A DNA stretch of 10,206 nt from Chlamydiota bacterium (GTDB taxonomy: Bacteria > Chlamydiota > Chlamydiia > Chlamydiales > SM23-39), in NCBI GenBank assembly GCA_050049995.1, contig JASFVE010000066.1:1-10206 (forward strand), given 5' to 3'. Position 1 is the first letter of the stretch. Each line of letters opens with the position of its first letter. Of the stretch, positions 1 through 5,843 are shown piece by piece. The notes under the pieces were generated by a model. It worked only from the letters and a program-made list of their open reading frames with translations, searched no databases and was not told the origin of the DNA. The translations under genes and the position numbers were made by a program.

Positions 1-165
1 AGACTGAAGGACGACAATTACATAGTGCTAACTGCCATTCGACAAGACCGCCGGGCTCTTCAATATGCTAGTGAAAGACTTCAACAAGAATATAGAAATG
101 TTTCATTGTGTCAAACTGTTACATATCTAATGAACCCTAGAACCTTTTTTCCAACTCTTGCCTAG
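1..165 (+). CDS. 3' end of a DUF4116 repeat-containing protein (partial, starts upstream of the window)
   Basis: Manual translation of frame 1 gives RLKDDNYIVLTAIRQDRRALQYASERLQQEYRNVSLCQTVTYLMNPRTFFPTLA, stop TAG at 163-165. LKDDxxIVLxAIxxxxxALQYASERL matches the DUF4116 repeat pattern (L.nD.eivl.Av...g.aL.yas.eL). Not in the ORF track because it has no start in the window. Confidence 0.8.
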   Translation, partial: RLKDDNYIVLTAIRQDRRALQYASERLQQEYRNVSLCQTVTYLMNPRTFFPTLA

Positions 166-191
166 TTTTTTTTAAAGAACTTAAAAAAAAC
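165..191. repeat. Perfect 11-bp AT-rich inverted repeat right after the DUF4116 stop; possible weak terminator or 3' hairpin
   Basis: GTTTTTTTTAA (165-175), loop AGAAC, TTAAAAAAAAC (181-191). The stem is almost all A/T, so it is not a classical intrinsic terminator. Confidence 0.35.
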
Positions 192-290
192 AAAGGAATT
201 AAAGTCTTAGTATTTATTTAATCCAAAAGACTAATTGTTTTTTAATATCGCATATATTAGTTGGTAAACTAATAGAAACGATAAGTCATA

Positions 291-791
291 ATGAAGTTCC
301 TTAGATTTTTACAGATTGGGCTTTTGGCTCTTTTAATTTTTTTCCTATTTCAGGAAAAAGAATACCCTCTGCAAGCCGCTGGAAAAGAATTTTTTGCTAA
401 AAGTAAAAGAAGAAGCTATTACGGAAGAAGAGGAAGACACACTTATTACAGATACCCTCGATATTACTTTCGGTTTTATTTTTCTCCTAACTATCGATCT
501 TATGGATATTACTATACCTTTGTTTCTTTAAATATAAGTGATGACAGATATATCGGGAACCGGATCTTGAATGTTTATTTTGATGGGATCAGGGTTTATT
601 TACCTCCGGCAAGCTTTTCTGGCAACCGGGGGCATTTTTCTTATAAAGTTTATCCTGGCTATCACACCATTGAATGGACTATAGAAAAATCAAATGGCAG
701 TATTGCAAGACTAAGTGAAACTTTTTACACTGATAGATACTCTCAAAATGTAAATATTTCTATCGAAGGTGATAACTTTTATATCCAATAA
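291..791 (+). CDS. Hypothetical exported or membrane-anchored protein with a Tyr/Arg-rich segment and a beta-rich C-terminal domain
   Basis: 166-aa ORF with ATG start. N-terminal basic plus hydrophobic stretch (MKFLRFLQIGLLALLIFFLF), low-complexity KRRSYYGRRGRHTYYRYPRYYFRFYF segment, and C-terminal VYFDG...VYPGYHTIEW pattern reminiscent of PEGA-like beta sandwiches. 6-bp gap to the next gene. Confidence 0.75.
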   Translation: MKFLRFLQIGLLALLIFFLFQEKEYPLQAAGKEFFAKSKRRSYYGRRGRHTYYRYPRYYFRFYFSPNYRSYGYYYTFVSLNISDDRYIGNRILNVYFDGIRVYLPPASFSGNRGHFSYKVYPGYHTIEWTIEKSNGSIARLSETFYTDRYSQNVNISIEGDNFYIQ

Positions 792-797
792 AATATT

Positions 798-1472
798 ATG
801 GCAATTTTACCCCCTAAAAGAATCTACTACAAAAACGAAATAGAAATCCGTCCCTTTTCGACAGAAGATGCCAAGGCTATCTACCAGGGATATAAAGATA
901 GCGTTACTGACTTAAAAAAGTTTATGGCATGGGCTCACATAAAAACAGACTTTGAAAAAGCCTGTCTTTTGTATGCAGAATTTAATTACAAAACAATTTT
1001 ATGTACGGATATCCACTTTACTGGATTTGATAAAAAAACATCCGAGTTTCTTTTTTGTTCTTCTTTATATCCACATGACCGCTTGAATACTAATGCCTAT
1101 GAATTGGGGTATTGGGTTTCTTCTAACCATCATGGTAAAGGGCTTGGCACGCTTGCAGCTAAAGCTATGATTGTACTTGCCTTTGAATACTTTGATGCAG
1201 ATCGTGTCTCTGTTCGTTGCAATTTAGATAATGAGGGAAGTAAGGCTGTCATTCATAAATGTGGATTTAAAGAAGAAGGCATTATGAGAAATGCCCTTAA
1301 AAAGCCTTCTGTTGAAATGGTACAGGATGGATATTCTACTCAAAGAGATACCTACCTTTACAGCTTGCTTCCTGAAGACTTATCAGACCTAGACTGGTAT
1401 AAACCACTTTTTCGTGATATAGAGATAATAACCTATCAGCAAGAACTCAAAAAAATTGCAGAAGAAAGATAA
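798..1472 (+). CDS. GNAT family N-acetyltransferase, RimJ/RimL type (Acetyltransf_3)
   Basis: Motifs IEIRPF, LKKFMAWA, ELGYWVSSNHHGKGLGT (acetyl-CoA binding motif A) and N.GSKAVIHKCGFKEEG.MR are typical of RimL/YdaF-like acetyltransferases. Confidence 0.92.
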   Translation: MAILPPKRIYYKNEIEIRPFSTEDAKAIYQGYKDSVTDLKKFMAWAHIKTDFEKACLLYAEFNYKTILCTDIHFTGFDKKTSEFLFCSSLYPHDRLNTNAYELGYWVSSNHHGKGLGTLAAKAMIVLAFEYFDADRVSVRCNLDNEGSKAVIHKCGFKEEGIMRNALKKPSVEMVQDGYSTQRDTYLYSLLPEDLSDLDWYKPLFRDIEIITYQQELKKIAEER

Positions 1473-1525
1473 TTATTTAAAAATAAACATCTTTTTTTAT
1501 TATGTGGTTTAAACCATTTAAATTT

Positions 1526-2257
1526 ATGAGGATTGGATTGAGAACTTTATCATTTTTTTTATCATTATCTTTTTTAATGAGTGGATGCTCATTTAATGAT
1601 AACTCCTTGAAAGGATCAGGAAAAAAGGAAAGACAGTTTCGAGAAATGCCGCATTTTTCACGTATAGAAGTTGATGGACCTGTTAATGCTTTTTTCAAAC
1701 AATCAGAAGAGAGATCTGTTGTTGTAGAAACAGATAGCAACTTAGTTGATAACATTCAAACGTCAGTAGAAGGGAATATATTGAAAATTAGCTATTATAG
1801 ACCGCAAGAGTACTCTAAAGTAGATTCCTCTATTGGCTTGAACGTTTATATTAGTAACCCAGAGCTTAATGAAATTAGAAACTTTGGCCCTGCAAATGTT
1901 TCCTCTGATAGTGTTATATCACAAGAATACCTGGAACTAGTTAACTCCGGATCGGGAGATATTAAATTAACTCTTTCTGTGGAAACTTTAAATGCAGATA
2001 ACAAAGGATCTGGCTTCATACAGCTTAAAGGTGACACTTACCATCAAAACATAGCAATCTACGGATCTGGTCAATATGAAGGATTAAACTTAATGAGCCA
2101 AAGTGCATCCGTAGTTATTATTGGAGCTGGTGACGCCTCTTTAAGTGTTGAAAAAGAATTGGATATACAAATATTGGGAAGTGGAGACGTTAAATATAAA
2201 GGCGATCCTAAAATCTCCAGCCAAGTTATTGGATCAGGCACTATTAAAAAATTATGA
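1526..2257 (+). CDS. Head GIN domain (DUF2807) lipoprotein, putative adhesin-like
   Basis: Signal peptide MRIGLRTLSFFLSLSFLMSGC with lipobox Cys at 1586-1588. Contains GSG...ER...FSRIEVDG, ETDSNL...I...VEGN.LKI, repeated GSG/GAG-D-x-x-L beta-solenoid units and terminal YKGDP..S...GSG.I, all typical of DUF2807. The start could be ATG 1502; ATG 1526 gives a normal-length signal peptide. Confidence 0.88.
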   Translation: MRIGLRTLSFFLSLSFLMSGCSFNDNSLKGSGKKERQFREMPHFSRIEVDGPVNAFFKQSEERSVVVETDSNLVDNIQTSVEGNILKISYYRPQEYSKVDSSIGLNVYISNPELNEIRNFGPANVSSDSVISQEYLELVNSGSGDIKLTLSVETLNADNKGSGFIQLKGDTYHQNIAIYGSGQYEGLNLMSQSASVVIIGAGDASLSVEKELDIQILGSGDVKYKGDPKISSQVIGSGTIKKL

Positions 2258-3304
2258 GTCTTTCAGCCAATCAGGCATTACTTTATCTAGAAAGTCCATA
2301 AACTTCCATAGGCCGACTCTATATTCATAGTTGCCGGCCTTATCAAAACTACCTTCTGGAAAAGCTATTCCAACTCCATAAAGACAAGGCGCTATTATTC
2401 CCTTTGTTTTATCGTAAGAATCCAAGTTAATACTTCCAATCTTAATCGATTTTCTTCTATCAAAGCCTACAGCGTAAATGACCTTAGAGCACTGCGAAAG
2501 ATAATCTGCAAAAGCATTACTTTGGACATGTACCCTTTCAATAGAAGGGTGAATTTTCACATCTAGATTTTTTTTTGCCCAAATAGCGGAGTATCCCTTT
2601 AAACCTGTGTTATCATATAAAATCCAGTCATCAAAATATTGTGCATACTTTAACGGCGATTTATAAAAGTTCACTACTTTCTTTACGTTAGCATCGATTA
2701 GATTGTACATGGTAACAACTGCGCTGTGAGAAGAACCAAACACCCCTACCACATCTTCAGAACTCACTTTTTCATGTAAAAGATCAGGGTTCATAGCTAT
2801 TTCAAGTGAAAGAGTACTTTTAGGATAATCTAATGACTTAGCCTCAGAACCAATTGCTAAAATGATTTTTTTAGAAGTAAACTGCTTTGCCTTACACTGC
2901 ACTTTCCAGATATCTTTGTAAGGTTCTATTTCCTGAACAGAACAAGCATGCTGATGTACTTTTTTTCTTAGAATCTCTGTGACATATTGCAAAGGAGAGG
3001 AAATATAGGATAATAGACAGGTATCTTCTGGATTTAACTTTGAAAGAGGAAACTTGTCAAAGGATCTATCCATTTCAAAAGACTTGCAATAAAGAAGAAA
3101 TTTGTTAAAAAGAGATACTTTAGTATTACTCGAAACATTGTACCACTTTAGACCAAGGTCTCCTACCTTAAAGAAAGGATCTATCCAAGCTATTTTATTG
3201 GGATCAACTTGTGCATCCAAAAGTTTTCCTACAGCTGCAATGCCTGCAGGACCTGCGCCAATTACTGCCCAATCAAAATCTGAAACAACTGTTGAAGATT
3301 GCAA
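2252..3304 (-). CDS. FAD/NAD(P)-dependent oxidoreductase (pyridine nucleotide-disulfide or class B flavoprotein-like)
   Basis: 350 aa, TTG start (in-frame TAG two codons upstream). N-terminal WAVIGAGPAG FAD Rossmann motif, ILAIGS, second dinucleotide motif VGVFGSSHSA, and VIYAVGF. Overlaps the upstream gene convergently by 6 bp. Confidence 0.88.
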   Translation of the reverse strand: MQSSTVVSDFDWAVIGAGPAGIAAVGKLLDAQVDPNKIAWIDPFFKVGDLGLKWYNVSSNTKVSLFNKFLLYCKSFEMDRSFDKFPLSKLNPEDTCLLSYISSPLQYVTEILRKKVHQHACSVQEIEPYKDIWKVQCKAKQFTSKKIILAIGSEAKSLDYPKSTLSLEIAMNPDLLHEKVSSEDVVGVFGSSHSAVVTMYNLIDANVKKVVNFYKSPLKYAQYFDDWILYDNTGLKGYSAIWAKKNLDVKIHPSIERVHVQSNAFADYLSQCSKVIYAVGFDRRKSIKIGSINLDSYDKTKGIIAPCLYGVGIAFPEGSFDKAGNYEYRVGLWKFMDFLDKVMPDWLKDS

Positions 3305-3398
3305 AGTCTAAATATAAAAATTTTTATAAAAACTAATGGAAAATTTACACTTTTTCTATAAATTGATGAAGCATTTTTTAATTAACGAGTAGATCTTT

Positions 3399-3740
3399 AT
3401 GAAAACAAGTGTTGTTATAGCAAGCATTATTACTCAATGCGATGGCATTATCACATCAACTCGAAAATCAACTGTTTCAGAACAAAAGAAACGAGATGTC
3501 ATTGTCACTGCTTTAAAAATTCGCCTTAAAGCAGAAACCCTTCTAAAAAACAGATTACTTTTAGAAAGAACGGAAGAGTGCAGAAATAACAATCTTATTG
3601 TAAAAACAGCTATCCTTAGCACTTCCTCCTTACTTTTATTTATTTTCCTTTTTAAAGGCCTGGGTAAGAATTGGAATAAAAGCATGAAATTATCGAGCTG
3701 TGTTTCAGAAATATTTACAGCAGCATTAGTATTAGGATAA
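3399..3740 (+). CDS. Hypothetical protein with one predicted hydrophobic helix (orphan)
   Basis: 113-aa ATG ORF filling an otherwise empty stretch of about 400 bp in AT-rich DNA. Hydrophobic segment LIVKTAILSTSSLLLFIFLF. 26-bp convergent overlap with the MauE gene. No family recognised. Confidence 0.5.
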   Translation: MKTSVVIASIITQCDGIITSTRKSTVSEQKKRDVIVTALKIRLKAETLLKNRLLLERTEECRNNNLIVKTAILSTSSLLLFIFLFKGLGKNWNKSMKLSSCVSEIFTAALVLG

Positions 3741-4188
3741 TAGCCATAGAAGCCATCCCTAAGTCTTCCGTTAAAGTAACAGTGCTTAAAGGAACATTGA
3801 GCACTGTTCCCATACAAGCACATTTAACATCCAACCCCTGCTTAAGAGCGATAAGGACACCTATAGCACTAAACACCATCAAGATGATGGTAAAGCAATA
3901 GATCCAAAATGGTGCGTAAAAGGTAAGATATCCTGTAGCCAAAAAAAGTTCTAAAAAAGGATACACATAAGCATATCCTTTGGATTTTTTTGCTAGTAGG
4001 TCGTACATTTGAAACCCTTTTGCAAATCCATTTAAGTCCATAAACTTAAACATGAAAAACAAAAGGAAAAAAATTCCCATAAAATAGTGCATTACTATCG
4101 GCATTAAGAAACTATAAGGGGAAGCTAAAGAAAAAGCCCCCCATATGCTTACCAGTATTACAACAAAAAGTGGCCAATATTTTTTCAA
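3715..4188 (-). CDS. MauE/DoxX family membrane protein
   Basis: Five hydrophobic helices with FMG.FF..F...K..DL.GFA..F..YDLLAK....YAYVYPFLEL and the signature CACMGTVLNVPLSTVTLTED. TTG start with GGAG 9 nt upstream (4201-4198). 15 bp downstream of the phoH stop. Confidence 0.88.
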   Translation of the reverse strand: MKKYWPLFVVILVSIWGAFSLASPYSFLMPIVMHYFMGIFFLLFFMFKFMDLNGFAKGFQMYDLLAKKSKGYAYVYPFLELFLATGYLTFYAPFWIYCFTIILMVFSAIGVLIALKQGLDVKCACMGTVLNVPLSTVTLTEDLGMASMAIILILMLL

Positions 4189-4203
4189 AAATCATTTCTC
4201 CGT

Positions 4204-5508
4204 TTACATAATTTCTGCTGCTAGCGCTGCAAGATCTGATCTTTCCGTTTTATCTAAATAAATGCACCCAAAAAGTCTTTGATCTTTAAACTTACCAATT
4301 GTGTAAGTAAGACCATTAGAATCTTTATCCAAATAAGGATTATCAATTTGCGTTGGATCACCTGTTAAAATAACTTTAGTCCCCCTGCCGGCCCTTGAAA
4401 TAATTGTTTTCATTTCATGAGGTGTTAAGTTTTGCGCTTCATCAATAATCATGTATATTTTAGGAAGAGTTCTACCTCTAATATAAGTCACAGCCTCCAT
4501 TTCTATCTTGCCACTTTCCATTACCCATTCCATGGTCGACTTCCCATTATCTTCGCCATTGATATTTTGGCATAAAACTTCAAGGTTATCATAAATAGGC
4601 TGCATCCAGTGATAAAGTTTCTCTTCTTTTGTACCTGGGAGGTACCCTATGTCTTTTCCCAGTGGAACTATTGGCCTGGACACTAAAATTTTAGAGTAAG
4701 AGTTTTCATCAAACACTTTTCGCATCCCACATGCCAGAGCCATTAGCGTCTTTCCAGTGCCTGCAGGCCCTAAAAGGGAGACTAAAGGGATATCATCTCT
4801 AATAAGAAGATCTACAGCACATTTTTGTTCCACATTAAGGGGTTGAATACCCCAAATATCTTTTTTAATGTGAATCAAAGGCTCAAGCATAGACAGCTTT
4901 TGATTGAACTTACACACAGCAGAAGAGTTTTCAGCAGATTGCAAAATACAGTATTCATTGGCCAGAAAATCTTTCATGGGTGTGATTTTCCCATCCTTAT
5001 AAAAAAGATCAATCGCTGCTTTTTCCACATGCATCTTTTTAACCCCTCGATGCATATCGTCAAATGAAATATGAAGAGCTGAATAATCTTCAGCATTAAG
5101 ACTCATAGCTTCCGCCTTAACTCTAGATACAAAATCCTTAGATACAAAAACTACTTTTTCTCCTGCATGGTGCAGCTCATAAGCCATCATAAGAATTTTA
5201 TTACTATTGCGGTCTAAAGGAAGAGGGAAACCTTTATATTTTGAAGAGCTGCCATTTAACTGTACTCTCAGTTTGGGTCCTTCCGGTAGCTGAATACCTT
5301 TTTGTAAAGACTTGTGCTCTGCTTTGAAAGAATCAATATACCTAATTATTTCTCTCGCATTTTGACCTAGCTCGTTATGATGCTTTTTATAGTTATCTAA
5401 CTCCTCTAGAACAATTAATGGAATAACAACATCATTGTCTTTAAATTTTTTTAAAGCTCTTGGATCATGTAATAATACATTAGTATCTAAAACAAAGGTT
5501 TTTCGCAT
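4204..5508 (-). CDS. phoH: PhoH family protein with N-terminal PIN domain (PhoH2/YlaK type; chlamydial CT015-like)
   Basis: PIN motifs VLDTNVLLHDP, VLEELD and VSKD...R.KA. Walker A GPAGTGKT, GYLPG, YIRGRTL, Walker B IIDEAQNLT, and GDPTQID. Start reassigned to ATG 5508 because a strong SD (GAGGGGAG) lies just upstream; 434 aa. Confidence 0.96.
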   Translation of the reverse strand: MRKTFVLDTNVLLHDPRALKKFKDNDVVIPLIVLEELDNYKKHHNELGQNAREIIRYIDSFKAEHKSLQKGIQLPEGPKLRVQLNGSSSKYKGFPLPLDRNSNKILMMAYELHHAGEKVVFVSKDFVSRVKAEAMSLNAEDYSALHISFDDMHRGVKKMHVEKAAIDLFYKDGKITPMKDFLANEYCILQSAENSSAVCKFNQKLSMLEPLIHIKKDIWGIQPLNVEQKCAVDLLIRDDIPLVSLLGPAGTGKTLMALACGMRKVFDENSYSKILVSRPIVPLGKDIGYLPGTKEEKLYHWMQPIYDNLEVLCQNINGEDNGKSTMEWVMESGKIEMEAVTYIRGRTLPKIYMIIDEAQNLTPHEMKTIISRAGRGTKVILTGDPTQIDNPYLDKDSNGLTYTIGKFKDQRLFGCIYLDKTERSDLAALAAEIM

Positions 5509-5744
5509 CCAGCTCCCCTCTTTTAAGCGTCTATCAATTTTGGACAATAGCCAATTTTGATTTCGCCGTACAGATCTTTTTCAAGGAACTATTCGTCCCC
5601 CTAAAGAAGCAATTATGTGCAAGTTATTCGTTTAAAAAAAAGATTCAATTTAATAAAAATTTTCATAAAAACAGACAAGATCTCTAACAGTTTAAAGTAC
5701 TTTATTTATATAAAGTCTTTACAAACAGTTATTTGTGGAATAAA

Positions 5745-5771
5745 CGAGCAATCAGAATGCCAAAGTGCTAA
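5745..5771. promoter_or_regulatory. Degenerate CIRCE element (HrcA operator)
   Basis: CGAGCAATC-agaatgcca-AAGTGCTAA versus consensus TTAGCACTC-N9-GAGTGCTAA. The spacer is exactly 9 bp; the left arm matches 6/9 and the right arm 8/9. It ends 5 bp before a -35 box. Confidence 0.65.
5747..5763 (-). promoter_or_regulatory. Putative sigma54 (-24/-12) promoter oriented towards phoH
   Basis: The minus strand reads TTGGCATTCTGATTGCT versus consensus YTGGCACGRNNNTTGCW, with exact GG-N10-GC spacing. Predicted start site near 5736. Confidence 0.5.
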
Positions 5772-5776
5772 AATCG

Positions 5777-5805
5777 TTGACCCTATCACTCATGTCTGCT
5801 ATAAT
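5777..5805 (+). promoter_or_regulatory. Sigma70/sigma66 promoter for the CT016-like gene
   Basis: TTGACC (5777-5782), 17 bp, TATAAT (5800-5805), with an extended -10 TG at 5797-5798. Lies 38 bp upstream of ATG 5844. Confidence 0.85.
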
Positions 5806-5843
5806 GATCAGTGTAATAAAATTTGCATAACGGAGTAATCCTC

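Noticed and set aside
798..1472. GNAT as a toxin-antitoxin toxin
   Set aside because: It is RimL-type rather than AtaT/TacT-type, and the upstream gene is an exported protein, not an RHH/DUF1778 antitoxin.
1477..2330. ORFs 1477-1755(-), 1846-2037(-) and 2145-2330(+)
   Set aside because: Shadow or alternate-frame ORFs over the well-supported GIN lipoprotein and oxidoreductase; no motifs.
3102..3311. 69-aa plus-strand ORF
   Set aside because: Antisense to the FAD-binding N-terminus of the oxidoreductase.
3313..3328. 16-bp palindrome TATAAAAATTTTTATA upstream of the oxidoreductase
   Set aside because: A/T only in a very AT-rich spacer; too little information to call an operator.
3434..3823. 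129-aa minus-strand ORF
   Set aside because: Overlaps MauE out of frame by 109 bp and is antisense to 3399-3740, with atypical composition. Less plausible than the plus-strand ORF, though not formally excluded.
5678..5720. TAAAGTAC as a sigma28 -35 box on either strand
   Set aside because: No CGA-containing -10 element at 11-12 bp spacing in either direction.
5617..5838. 73-aa plus-strand ORF as a possible antitoxin for PIN-PhoH
   Set aside because: Runs through the CIRCE and promoter elements, has a GTG start with no convincing SD, is on the wrong strand for a phoH operon, and is low-complexity Ile/Lys text.
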